Source: the human T2T-CHM13v2.0 reference genome, Homo sapiens. Taken from it: a DNA stretch of 64,000 nucleotides. The position numbers and the translations under genes are program-made. Each line of letters opens with the position of its first letter. Position 1 is the stretch's first letter. Positions 1 through 19,026 of this stretch are shown one piece after another. Location of the stretch: the NCBI RefSeq assembly GCF_009914755.1, contig NC_060931.1, one strand, 5' to 3'. The notes below the pieces were generated by a model. It was not told the DNA's origin. It ran no database searches and saw only the letters and a list, made by a program, of their open reading frames with translations.

Positions 1-559
1 GGGGTTACAGGTGTGAGCCACCATGCCTGGCCCTGTTAAACACCGCATTTTTATAAATAATACAGAGTGAAAATTACTTTCCACATCATAAATGTAACGT
101 TAAAAACAAAAACACAATTTAATCATCAAAAGAAACCTGTACGAAAAAATTGCAGTATAATGGACTTAAAAACAAAAATAAAACATGTTGACCTATAAAA
201 TATGGAATATTAGCGTAGATGTATGAGAAAATAATTTTTTAAATAACTACAGTTTTCAAATATGACTATGAACTTATGAAAATCTGGCATTTTTAATTAT
301 TGGCATGCAATGTATAGTAGTAAATTTCCACAAAAAAATACATTAGAAGAATTAGTAAAAAGTCTAATGAAAATGGAACCTTTTAAAGTATTTAAAAGAT
401 ACTAGGTAAAGTTATTTATGTTATTAATATATTATTGCTATTACACAAAATGTAAGATCTACAATACAACCATATGAACACAAGAAAATAATATTCCAAA
501 GTAAAAACAATATAATTTTTTAGAATACTGTGAGATTATATATAAAATAAATATTGGAA

Positions 560-1315
560 TTAAATTATATCATTATTTAGGTATAGGTGGAGAAAAATGA
601 ATAAAATACTAATGACACCTGTAATGGTGGTGCATGAATTACTTTTAACTTAGGGATAAAAGCTACAAGACAAAAGTATTCAAAATACATATAGCTTAAA
701 TAATTTATTATGAGATACACAATATAAAAAATGTAAAGTGTGACATAAATCATGTATTGAAGAGAGTAAACCTGTTGAGTCTTTCTATGCATCGAAGTAG
801 AATTGTTATTATCGTAAGCTAGAGTATTATATCTATGAGATGTGTTATGTAAATCTCTTGGTAACTAAATGAAAATTTGTACTATACACACAAAAGAAAA
901 AGGAATCAAGCGGCCGGGCGCGGTGGCTTATTCCTGTAATCCCAGCACTTTGGGAGGCGGAGATGGACAGATCACCTGAGGCCGGGAGTTCGAGACCAGC
1001 CTGACCAACATGGAGAAAATCCACCTCTAGTAAAATACAAAATTAGTCAGATGTGGTGGCAAGTGCCTGTAATCCCAGCTATTCGGGAGGCTGAGGAAGG
1101 AGAATTGCTTGAACTTGGGAGATGGAGGTTGAGTTGGTGCCATTGCATTCTAGCCTGGAAAACGAGAGTGAAACTCTATCTCAAAAAAAAGAAAAAAGAA
1201 AACAAAAGAAAGAACAGAAATGGGAATCAAAGCATATAACAACAAAAGCAAAAAAAAAAAAAAAAAAAAAAAACAAGAAAACACAAGAAAAGAGAGCATG
1301 AAAAGAAAACCAAAG
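560..1315 (+). mobile_element. Old L1M (L1MA/L1PB-type) inter-ORF fragment, interrupted by an Alu
   Basis: AT-rich sequence resembling the old L1 inter-ORF region (gtaaatctcttggtaac...tacacacaaaag...ggaatcaaagcata). Boundaries approximate. Confidence 0.55.
912..1210 (+). mobile_element. AluS
   Basis: ggccgggcgcggtggct head, dimer, A tail, degenerate TSD ggaatcaa(a)gc. Confidence 0.95.
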
Positions 1316-1324
1316 ACATTATTT

Positions 1325-1378
1325 TGTTGGTGCAAAAGTAATTGCGGTTTTTGCCATTAAAAGTCATGGCAAATCAAT
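1325..1378. mobile_element. MADE1 mariner MITE (partial)
   Basis: gttggtgcaaaagtaattgcggtttttgccatt matches the MADE1/Hsmar1 terminal inverted repeat. Confidence 0.85.
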
Positions 1379-1424
1379 AATTTTTTAAATATCAAATAAT
1401 TTAATTATCTAATAAAAACACATC

Positions 1425-1761
1425 ACTATGGTTTGAATGCCCCCTTTAAAATTCATGTTCAAATTTAACTGCCATCGTTATAAAATTATAAATTAGACCT
1501 TTAAGAAGATACTAGGTTCTGAGGGATCTACTCTCATGAATGAATTAATGTCATTGTTTCCAGAGTGGGTTAGCTGGCAGGAAATTGGGTCTATTATAAA
1601 AGTAAGCTCTCTTATGTTCACCTTCTCTCATCCTCATGCCTTTGGCCATTTTGTGATGTGGAAATCTGATTCTCATCAGATGTCAATGGCATGCTCTTGG
1701 ACTTCCATAATCTAAAACTGTGAGCTATGTAAACTTCTATTCTTTATAAAATACCAATTCT
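1425..1761 (+). mobile_element. MST-family MaLR LTR (3' truncated by an Alu)
   Basis: ctatggtttgaatg...ttcatgtt...ctcatgaatgaattaatg...aactgtgagc...ttctttataaa. Confidence 0.7.
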
Positions 1762-1763
1762 AA

Positions 1764-2056
<293 letters not shown>

Positions 2057-2691
2057 AATTTACCTCTACGTGATGAGCCACATCTCTACTCAGTGTGTGA
2101 AAAATAAATTCTTTTTTTTTTTTCTGCCACCCCAGACTTCTGGGAAAGGAGCCTGGAGCTGTGCCCAAGCATCCCAGCCTTTGCCCTCAATTGCAAACAG
2201 AGTGGAGTGTCTCTTAGCTCAGGAGTTTGTGCTACTCAAGAGTTTGCACAAACACAAAGCTGAGAAATACTGCTTGCTGAAAGGGGTGTAAAAGGAAAAG
2301 GACAAACTGGTTGTCCTCTGAAGTGGAGACACTTCTATTCTATGTTGGGCTACGATCTTGGAGAATGCAGGCAGGGAACGAGTTTTGCCCATTTTCCAAT
2401 GAGAGACCTCTTGTGGTAAGACAGGCTCTTCTCTCTCTACCTGGTGAGTTACTTCATCTCTTTGGTACCCAGTTTCCTCATGTTTGAAATTAGGGAGTGA
2501 AACCACACATCCCCTAAGATTCTTTCCTCTTAGCCGTTCTATGAGTTAATTAATGAGATTTGTTTTCCCATTAGCATACATCCAAAAAGGTACTCAAGGT
2601 AGATTTTCCATGTTTCCTGGAATCATGTAACTGCCCAAGATGAAGTGGTAGTGTTTGGAGGAGAAGCCCTTCCTTGCTTCCTTTATTTCCA

Positions 2692-3223
2692 TTTTAGAGA
2701 CAAAATCTCTCCCTGTCACCCATGCTGGGGAGCAGTGGTGCAATCCTGTCTCACTGCAACCTCAAACTTCTGGCCTCAAGCGATCCTCCCATCCCAGCCT
2801 CTAGAGTAGCTGGGACAACAGGCATACAACACCATGCCCAGCTAATTTTAAAAATTATTTTGGGCTGGGGGCGGTGGCTCATGCCTGTAATCCCAGTACT
2901 TTGGGAGGCCGAGGCAGGCAGATCACCTGAGATCAGGAGTTCGAAACCACCCTGGCTAACATGGTGAAACCCAGCTCTACTAAAAATACAAAAAATTAGC
3001 CAGGTGTGGTGGTGCACGCCTGTAATCCCAGCTGCTTTGCAGGCCTGAGGCAGGAGAATCACTTGAACCCAGGAGGTGGAGGTTTCAGTGAGCTAAGATC
3101 ACACCACTGCACTCCAGCCTGGGCAACAAGAGTGAAACTCCATCTCAACAAAACAAAACAAATAAACAAAAACCAAAAATAAAAATAAAATAAAATTATT
3201 TTGTAGAGACAGGGTCTTACTAT

Positions 3224-3225
<2 letters not shown>
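2692..3225 (-). mobile_element. AluJ, interrupted by a nested Alu and truncated by the L1
   Basis: Antisense Alu 2692-2860 resumes at 3200-3225 (ttgtagagacagggtcttactatgt), then stops at the L1. Confidence 0.85.
2863..3195 (+). mobile_element. AluSx nested in AluJ
   Basis: Full dimer with TSD aaaattatttt on both sides. Confidence 0.95.
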
Positions 3226-7197
<3,972 letters not shown>

Positions 7198-7494
7198 GAC
7201 CAGGCACGGTGGCTCACACCTGTAATCCCAGCACTTTGGGAGGCCGAGGCGGGCAGATCATGAGGTCAGGAGATCGAAACCATCCTGGCTAACACGGTGA
7301 AACCCTGTCTCTACTAAAACTACAAAAAAATTAGCTGGGTGGTGGTCGGCTCCTGTAGTCCCAGCTACTCAGGAGGCTGAGGCAGGAGAATGGCAAGAAC
7401 CTGGGAGGCGGAGCTTGCAGTGAGCCAAGATTGTGCCACTGCACTCCAGCCTGGGGGACAGAGAAAGACTCCCTCTCAAAAAAAAAAAAAAAAA
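7198..7494 (+). mobile_element. AluY/Sc-like directly after the L1 poly(A)
   Basis: ggagatcgaaaccatcctggctaacacgg diagnostic region and A tail. Confidence 0.93.
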
Positions 7495-7504
7495 GTGTTA
7501 TTTT

Positions 7505-7890
7505 TTGTGGTTCTGAGAGTTGATAGGTTCAGGTAGGTGATGGTCAGTAGGGGTCTCTCATGCTGTTGCAGTGGCTGGAGCTGGAGTCTTCGCAAAGCCT
7601 TCTTGAGTCCCATGTCTGGCAACTGATGTTGGCTGTCATCTGAAACCTGCGCTGGGACTGTTGATTGGAACATCAAAATGTGGCCTCTCCCTGTGATCTG
7701 GGCTTCCTCACAGCATGGTGGCTGGGTTCAAAGAGCAAGCATCCCAGGAGGACCACGGAGAAATGGTGTCCCCTTTCATGACCTACCTTGAATCACTTCT
7801 GCCAGTCACAGACCTTCTTGAATTCAAGGGGAGGGAGCACAGACCTGACCTCACCATGGGAGCAATGTTAAGGTCATGCTGCAGAACAGC
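7505..7890. mobile_element. Old MLT1 (J/K-like) LTR fragment
   Basis: tggcctctcc...ctgggcttcctcacagcatggtggctggg...tcacttctgcc motifs. Confidence 0.55.
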
Positions 7891-7896
7891 ACGTGC

Positions 7897-7949
<53 letters not shown>

Positions 7950-8226
7950 GGGAGTCTTGCTCTGTCACGCAGGCTGGAGTGCAGTGATGCAATCTCGACT
8001 CACTGCAACTTCCGCCTCCTGGGTTCAAGCCATTCTTCTGCCTCAGCCTCCTGAGTAGCTGGGATTACAGGCGCCGGCTACCACACCCAGCTAAATTTTG
8101 TACTTTTAGTAGAGACGGAGTTTCACCATGTTGGCCAGGCTGGTCTCAAACTCCCGACCTCAAGTGATCCACCTGCCTCGGCCTCCCAAACTGCAGGGAT
8201 TACAGGTGTGAGCCACCACACCCAGC
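7897..8226 (-). mobile_element. AluSx with (AAT)n tail
   Basis: (att)n at 7898-7949 and TSD cagcac(g/a)tgctatta. Confidence 0.95.
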
Positions 8227-8229
8227 ACA

Positions 8230-8860
8230 TGCTATTAGTAAAAAGTCAGAAAACAGTCAGGTGTGGTGATTTGCACCTATAATTCTGCACTTTGGGAGGC
8301 CGAGGTGGGCAGATCACTTGAGGTCAGGAGTTCGAGACCCACCTAGGCAAAATCAGACCCGCATATCTATAAAAATAAAAAATAAATATAAAATTAAAAG
8401 TCAGAAAACCGCAGATATTGGTGAGGATGCAGAGAAAAGGGAATGCTTATACACTGTTGGTGGGAATGTAAATTATTACAACCATTACAGAAAACATTAT
8501 GGAGATTTCTCAAAGAAATAAAAACAGAACTGCCGTTCAAATAGCAATCTCACTACTGGATATCTTCCCAAAGGTGGCTCACGCCTGTAATCCCAGCACT
8601 TTGGGAGGCTGAGTTGGGCAGATCATGAGGTCAGGAGTTCGAGACCAGCCTGGCCAACATAGTGAAACCCCATTTCTACGAAAAATACAAAAAAATTAGC
8701 TGGGCGTGATGGTGGTAGGTGCCTGTAATCCCAGCTACTCGGGAGGCTGAGGTAGGAGACTCTGTTGAACCTGGGAAGCAAAGGTTGCAGGTGAGCCGAG
8801 ATCGCACCATTGCACTCCAGTCTGGGCAACAAGAGTAAAACTCCATCTCAAAAAAAAAAA
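8230..8860 (+). mobile_element. L1M 3' fragment with a nested Alu monomer (8257-8396), then a 5'-clipped AluS (8573-8860)
   Basis: TSD aaaagtcagaaaac around the monomer. L1 motif ggtgaggatgcagagaaaagggaa. Confidence 0.85.
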
Positions 8861-9399
8861 TTGAGTAAATGGGTTATTTCCCCAAGATTGCCTTTTTAAA
8901 GAAAACCAGTTTTATAAACCTGTTTTCTAGAAAATCAGTTCTGTAAACCAACGTTCATCAGGCTTATCATATGGCTTTTTAGATTTTGCATTATTTTTGT
9001 GAGGATTTTTATTAGTATGTTTCCTAATAATGGGCCATGTTTAAATTTTTTTTGTTATATTTTTGAAGTATGCCTTACTAGATCATGTTGTGATATAATT
9101 ATAACATATGCTGCTTTCTCCTTGCTTGGATTTTAAAATTTTGCAGTTAAAATTATTTTCTTTTTTGTGTGCTTTGTCAGATTTTCACATCAGTGTTACA
9201 CTAGTATTTTAATGGCCTATTTTATTCTATTCTTTTATTTTCAAATTTTCTATATCCTTAAGCTTAAAAATGCCTCTTTTAAACAGTGTAAAATTGAGGT
9301 TTTTTTATTATTAGGTTTTATAATTTTTGTATTTTAATTAGAGCATTTAGTTTGTATAATATAGTTAATATACTCTTTGCTTTCTATTTTCATCAAAAA

Positions 9400-9545
9400 T
9401 TTGAATAGAACAAAAGGCCGACCTCCCCCAAGCAAGAGGGAATTCTCTGGCAGATTGCCTTTGGACTTGAATTGCAACTCTTTCCTGAATCTCCAGCCTG
9501 CCAGCCTCTTCTATTACCAGTCAATTCCTTAAAATAAATCTGTAT
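9400..9545 (+). mobile_element. MLT2 LTR fragment
   Basis: gaatagaacaaaagg...gcctttggacttgaa...ccaatt..cttaaaataaatc-type motifs. Confidence 0.65.
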
Positions 9546-9630
9546 GATATACATTTAATATAATTAATATATAATGTGGCTGCTACCTAGTAGAATTAAT
9601 ATATACTTAATAAGACATACAGTATAATTA

Positions 9631-9813
9631 CAGTAGTACCTCCTTATCTGGGGGAGGGATTATGTTCCAAGACCCTCAGTGGATGCCTGAAACCACAGAT
9701 GTATTTTTCTCTATACATACATAGCTGTGAAAAAGTTTAATATATAAATTAGGCACAGTAAAAAATTAACAGAAATAGCGAATAATACAATAATTATAAT
9801 AATATGCCAGCAT
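9631..9813 (-). mobile_element. MER44/Tigger7 DNA transposon end
   Basis: cagtagt.c.tccttatc terminus followed by ttccaagaccctcagtggatgcctgaaacc. Confidence 0.7.
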
Positions 9814-10397
9814 GTTCCTTTTTCTGTTTTTTCTTGCTTTTTGGATTGATGGACTTTTTTACTATCCTGGCTTTTTCCTCTCTTGCCAAGTTATAGATCC
9901 TATTCTTTTAACGGTTACCCTACAGATTACAACACATAGCTTTCATGTATTTTGGGTGTTAAAACAGCTGGTGATCCCAGAAGGTGGAAGAACTTGGAGA
10001 TAATTGGGACACGAAATGATCTACAGCAGTTGGTATTCTAATCTCTCTTCTCTTCATAGTTCTTCTTTCCTTGCTTCCATTTTTCACATCTTGAATTTTT
10101 CTCTTCAAGGAAATGATATATTTCTTTTCAGTGCAAACCCAGTGTTTGCTCTTGATTTTGAGCTTTCTTTTGTCTCTCAAGACGTACAAAGCAGCTGCCA
10201 ACTATTCCATGGTTTCCCAGCTGGAGGAGCCCTGCCCTGCACCCTTGCAGCAGCCCTGAAGCAGACACCCCAAGGAGCACCCGCTGGGGCACCCCCGGCT
10301 GGTACCAGCATACAAAGTGGTCAGAAATGTGCTGTTAGCCCTCAATGGGGCTGCTTAATAAATCACAGTTATACTTCCCTCTTTGGTCCAAAAGTTT

Positions 10398-10433
<36 letters not shown>

Positions 10434-10464
10434 CACGAGCATACATGTATGTCCTTCACAGGGC

Positions 10465-10868
10465 ACCATAAGAAAGTAAAAAGACAACCCATAAAATGGG
10501 AGAAAATATTTGCAAATTACATTTCTGATAAGACATATCTGTTAAACTCTTACAAGTTAATAATTTTATTTAAAAAATGACCCAAGTAAAACAGTTAGCA
10601 AAGGGTCTGAATGAACATTTTGCCAAGGCAGATAAACATACGGCCAATAAGCACATGAAACGATGCTCAGCACCATTTGCCATCAGGGACATGAAAATCA
10701 AAACCACAATGAGATACCATGCCACACCTACCAGAGTGGCTGAAATTTAAAAAGACAGCCAGAACAAGTGTTGGCAAAGATGTGGAAAAATCTTTGGTGA
10801 TGATGGAAAAGAGATTTATTTTGCTGGTAGAAACTGCTAATGGAAAAGGTTAAGCATAGAGTTACAAT
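10465..10868 (+). mobile_element. Old L1M ORF2 3' fragment
   Basis: tgggagaaaatatttgcaaat...aaaccacaatgagatacca motifs. Confidence 0.8.
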
Positions 10869-11256
10869 TTTTTTTGGGGGGGGGGCACAGGGCCTGGCTG
10901 TGTCACCTAGGCTGGAGCACAGTGGCACGATCTCAGCTCACAGCAACCTCTGCCACCCACACTCAAACAATCCTCCCACCAGAGCCTTCTACCTCACCGT
11001 TACCCTTGCAATGGAAAGAAAAAGCCTTATCAGATATGCCTTATCAGATACATAATTTGCAAATATTTTCTAGAGTAGCTATTTCTAGAGTGGCTGGGAC
11101 TATAGGTGCCACCATGCCCAGCTAATTTTTGTATTTTTTTTAGAGACACTGTCTCACCTTATTGCACAGGCTGGTCTGGGAATCCTGAGCTGAAACAATC
11201 TACCTGCCTCGGCCTCACAAAGTGCTAGGATTACAGATGTGAGCCACCTTACCCAG
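10869..11256 (-). mobile_element. AluJ with ~95 bp foreign insert
   Basis: Antisense Alu interrupted at 10991-11086. Confidence 0.85.
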
Positions 11257-12063
11257 AGAAGTAAGGATAGTCATGCTTGTCAGACCTACAGAAATTTTTC
11301 TCTTGGTTTTGAATATACTCAAGATTGATTGGATAGGTGTACTGAAGTAAAAATGATATCACATTAGTTAATTTTAATTAGCTAGATGTTGGGACAGAAA
11401 TGTGAAGGCCACATAGTCTGTCAACATTAAATTTTAAAAGAACTGAGCACTGAATAGAAGACAAGGACATCAAGGGAATACATGTCAATGCAACTTCTTT
11501 ACGGGTGGAAATGTAATTCTCACATAGGAGACTCATTTATTATGTAGTTTTCATCTTGGCAAGGAAGACTGCTCTTTCTTTATCCACAATGGGTAATTTC
11601 TAAATCTTTCCTAGCCTAGGGCATGGAGGCCAAATACTACTGTGGATCAAGTGGGTCCATCTTTTTCTTAGGTGACTGTATCACATATGCCTGAAATATA
11701 ATTTTAAATATGAGATAATAATATCACCTCCTGCCTAGCTATGACTACAGGCAGTCTAGAACCAAAGGAGGTCAGAAGTTCCCTCTTTATATTTAGTCCA
11801 TCTTTCTGTTCAACGCATTTGTAGATTGAGTGGTTTTTGTATTACGAATCAGGTTTATTCTCTCCCAAGGCAGGAATTTTTCAATTATTACATTTTTTTA
11901 TACACAGCAGGTGGATTTTGTCTGAAAGATAGTTTTATGCCAGGATATCGTTATTTGTTTCACTATTGAGCTACAGAACCTTAGAATTATTTTAAAGATT
12001 GGGAAGGTATAACCTGTCTCCCATGAAAGACCTTTGTAGTGGTAAATTTGCCAACCTTGATAA

Positions 12064-13175
<1,112 letters not shown>

Positions 13176-14129
13176 GAGCTGTGGTAGGGTTCCCTAAGAA
13201 CCTGTGGGTGTGGGAAGGTGGTAGAGTGGAGATACTTACACAGGAATGCTAGCAGTGCACTATGAGTGACTACCCCTGCCTCACAGAGGGCTTGAGATAA
13301 TTGTGTATATGAATGTACTTAGTATATATATTACATATGTAAAATACCTAGTAAATCTGTAAATTGTATAAATGTTAATTTTAAACATATTTTCATTTGT
13401 GCATTTTCATGACTTAGTTTTAAGATCCAAAACAAGGAATGAAGAAAAGGGAAAGCAGGGATGGTAGTCAATGATGTACAATTAATAAGCTAAATATTTC
13501 ATTAATCCTTACTTTGGACTTCTGTTTTGGTTGAACTCTTTTGGTTACAAACATCTGGGGCAAATGTGTGCTCTTTGTAATTCAGTACAGATTGCTGGGC
13601 AAAGCTCTTTTCTGCTGAGAGTCAGATTTAAAAGATGGTTGATAACTTATTCTTTTCCTCTTTTAAACATGGTTTAGATGTGTAGCTTGGGTTCTTAAAT
13701 TCTGTGCAGGTAAATATTGTGCTCAAGTTTTTTATGTCACATGACTATTTAGTCTGAAGGGTGCACTTGCTTTGTAGTTGCTGAATATTAATGCTACTCC
13801 TTGCAAACCTTTTGAGTATATTGCTTTCCCTTGACTGTGTCAGGTATTTAATATCAGTGATAGAAAGAATCTTAGGGATTGCTTCTATTAAAAGTTAATA
13901 AACTTTAAAAAAAGTTTTAGTTTGAAATTTTGAGCCTGATTTTTTATATGTGGATGTTTGCCTTTGTTGTTGAATCAACATGAATTATATATTTGTTTGA
14001 AATGTAGTTGGATATTTAGATAACTCCTGTTTTTTGATGTAACAGATATTCAGATATATGGCTTGAAATTTTCTTCCTATAAAAACTAGGACTTGTTACA
14101 AAATGTTTTTTGATTGGAAAAGTAATATG

Positions 14130-14424
14130 AGGCCAGGCACGGTGGTTCATGCCTGTAATCCCAGCACTTTGGGAGGCCGAGGCGGGTGGATCACGAGGTC
14201 AGGAGATCGAGACCATCCTGGCTAACACGGTGAAACCCCGTCTCTACTAAAAATACAAAAAATTAGCCAGGCGAAGTGGCAGGCGCCTGTAGTCCCAGCT
14301 ACTCGGGAGGCTGAGGCAGCAGAATGGCGTGAACCCCGGGGGGCAGAGCCTGCAGTAAGCCAAGATCGCACCACTGCACTCCAGACTGGGCGACAGCGAG
14401 ACTCTGTCTCAAAAAAAAAAAAAG
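14130..14424 (+). mobile_element. AluY
   Basis: CpG-rich with AluY diagnostics. TSD aaag(t/g)aatatga. Confidence 0.95.
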
Positions 14425-14865
14425 GAATATGAAGGAGTATATGGCATTTTAAAAGGACATCGCCATCGTTAAATTTTGTTATATTTTCTGCATCTTAGGC
14501 ATAGTTGTAATAGCATATTCCTTTTGTATACTTTCTTCATCTAATGCTATGGCAAGCATTTCTGTGTGTCAGAACTTTAAAAACTAATTTTCAATGGCTG
14601 AATAATATTTTTATAGGTGTATCATAATAAGCTTAGCCTACCTCCCATTGTTGCACCTGGAAAGTCTCCCCCTGCCACCACACACACACTTCTTTATTGT
14701 TAAAATATTACTGCAGTGTTTTTCTCTGTGTGTTTCATTCCTAGAAGGAGATGGCATGGTAAAGGATGTTAACTGAAAATGTCATACCAACTAATACAGT
14801 TTCTATAGTGTGTGAATGCTCATACGTATATCATCCTTGCCAGTATTGAGTGGAAATCTCTTTTA

Positions 14866-15697
14866 TTTTCCTGGAGAAGTTGGTTCTTTAGGAGGAGAGA
14901 AGCATTGGGGAGTATCTTCAGGGTGGCTGAACTTTGCAACCTCTTCAATAAATAACTTCCCACTCTGTAATTTGCCCACCTGTATTACCCCACCCCCAAG
15001 CCTCAGACTTTAGGAAATGGCATCAGGCCCATATGTCTGGAGGGTTCAGATTTCTTTGAGGTAAAGCATTCCTTCCAATGGGACCTAGAATTCCTTGAGT
15101 TGCAGAATTTTACTGACTAGACCCAGGAGGTCTCAGGAGTCCAGAGTTGACTGGAGCTTGGCTCAGAATTCCAAGGGGGCCCATAACTCCATGAGGCCCA
15201 GATTTCCTGGCTCAGGAAAATTGGGAGGCCTGGGATACTGTGGCTTAGACCCAAGCTGAAAGATGAACACAGATCTTTATGGCTTGAAGGTGTATGAAAT
15301 TATGTCACTACATTAGAGCAGCACCTCTACTCACCTATGGGAATCTGCAGTTGAGCTGTGACACATAGAAGCTGGCCATGTCCAGATTGGTGGTTCTGAA
15401 ATGGGCAGCCATGTGCACATAATTGTACAATGTGAAGCTCACTTGTTGATACTCCATGGCCAGCATGCTGTGGAGGTAACGTTCCCAAAGGGCAGCTCGA
15501 GCCCACTGCTCCTGGGATTCCTGCGATTCTTAAGCTATGGGACACTCTTGGATTTCAGGAACCTCTGGCTTCAACTGCCCCAGCATCCATCGGGGCAAAG
15601 CCAAGGCTGAGGCCATCAGGGCCCCAGGGTAACTGGAGCACGGGCACAGGAACAGTCAGTGGAGTCTGCATTGTCTTGGCGAGGTCCACAGCTGCTC
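14866..15697 (-). pseudogene. GEMIN7: GEMIN7 processed pseudogene (CDS remnant 15671 to 15277)
   Basis: Minus strand reads MQTPLTVPVPVLQLPWGPDGLSLGFA..PEVPEIQECPIA*ESQESQEQWARAALWERYLHSMLAM..VSFTL..AAHF..NLDMASFYVSQ..QIPIG..SYTFKP*, matching recalled GEMIN7. It has a stop and frameshifts, and a 14-bp TSD ggaaatctctttta at 14852 and 15698. Confidence 0.93.
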
Positions 15698-15994
15698 GGA
15701 AATCTCTTTTAAATGTCAAATTTGGTATTTACTAATTCGGTATTAGACAAAGATTTTACATCTTAATTTATGTGCCTTTGATTATTTATTTGAAATTTTT
15801 AAAAAAGTACTGTTCTTTATTCTGAAATTTTGTACTTGCAACTTTTTTAGTGTCAGAAGTCTTCTTTTCAAAACTTTTTTTTTGCCTAGCTTTTTATTAA
15901 GTATAGTCACAACACTAATGACAGTTTCATTGTTATATTTCTTGTGAATGTTGTAACTTAAAAATAAATGAGTGCCATACTCATTTATTTTTAA

Positions 15995-17425
<1,431 letters not shown>

Positions 17426-18694
17426 AAAGAAATATCAGTGAGATATAATTCACATAATCACTGGCATGATTCATATAGTTCACCCCTGGTCCTTAGGGGA
17501 TACATTTTGTTATATGAGATTTATAGAAAGTAAGAACTTAAAAGAATCTATAGGTTATCTAATTCAAACAGTTAAAACCTACCCACTTCTGCTTTGAAAG
17601 CCACTTCTTAGAACCACTCTATAGAACATGCTACCTGATCAAGAATAAATCAACACCTTGCTTCCCCTCTTCTATCCATTAGATATCCAGGTAAAATAAT
17701 ATCTCTTTTCCTGATATTTCTCCTTTACTTACGCTCTAGCATGCCCTATGGCCAGCTGTAAGTTGCCCTCTACTTTTATAGAGCCCTTTGCTATGTTTCT
17801 GCAAAATCTACTTTTTCTGATTCATGTAATTCAAAAGTAGCCCTATTTTCTTCCAAATTAAAACTCTTTCTTTCTTAATTAATGCTGGCCCAAAATAGAA
17901 ATTGGAGGGAAAGTCTTATTCCAGGATCTGAAAGACTAACAGTATTCACAAAAATACTTGATTTTTAAGGGGGAATGTGTATTGAATGATCAATTAGAAT
18001 TTCAGGTAATGGGAAGAATTTCGAGGAACATTGAGGGACAGCTCAGAGACAGTATCTAAACTGTCAATTTGAACTCTCTTCAGTTTAGCAAAAGAACTTA
18101 CAGAAACTTGGTATATATCTTATGAAACGCTGCAGACCCTAACCTAGGTCAGGCAATACCTTTTACTACAAAATTGGGATAATCATTTTCTAAATCATGA
18201 AGAAAATGTTCTGAGTAGGCTGCAAGGATTTCTCTGGTAACATGATGATTTAAAAATGAAGCTGTCCACTTGAACTGGGTTGTATAAAGTATGCTTTTAT
18301 TTCTGAGTATAGCAAGAAAGATCATAACATACCTCTTAGTGCCTTCCAGCCTCCGACATGTAGCAAGTGAAAGCTGTTTGAATTGGCAAATGAGGTAGTT
18401 ATTGAGTAGCTGGTTGGAATGTTTGCTACTAGCTACAGAGCAGAATTGTTACTTAGTTCTTAGTACTGGTGCAATTACAGTAATTAGAATAAGTAAACTT
18501 CTTTTAAGATAATTGCAGGGCCAGGTTATATAGAGCCTATTTAGCTTGCCTTTTAGTGTTAGCATGTATATCAGTGTGTATGTTAAAGGATATACTAATA
18601 GATTTTGAGGAGATGAAATTGTCTTATAGCAAATTCCAGATCAATATATGTATGGGATGCCTTGAAAATGATTGGTATCTAATGTAGTCCAGAC

Positions 18695-19026
18695 CAGCGG
18701 CTCCCAGTTTTTTGGCACCAGGGACTGGTTTTATGGAAGACAATTTTTCTGCCAGGGTGTGTGTAGGTGTGTGTGGGGGGGCAGGGGATGGGTGATGGAT
18801 GGTTTCAGGATGAAACTGATCATGAGGCATTAGATTCTTATAAGGAGGACGCAACCTAGATCCCTCACATGCGCAGTGCACAATAGGGTTTGCATTCCTT
18901 TGAGAATCTGATGCTGCTGCTAATCTGACAGGAGGCGGAGCTCCAGCAGTAAAGCTCACCACCACTCACCTCCTACTGTGTGGCCCGGTTCCTAACAGGC
19001 CACGGACTGGGGGTTGGGGACGCCTG
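18695..19026 (-). mobile_element. MER1B (hAT-Charlie)
   Basis: cag..gctccc...ttttggcaccagggactgg through ggggttgggga..cctg termini. Confidence 0.85.
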
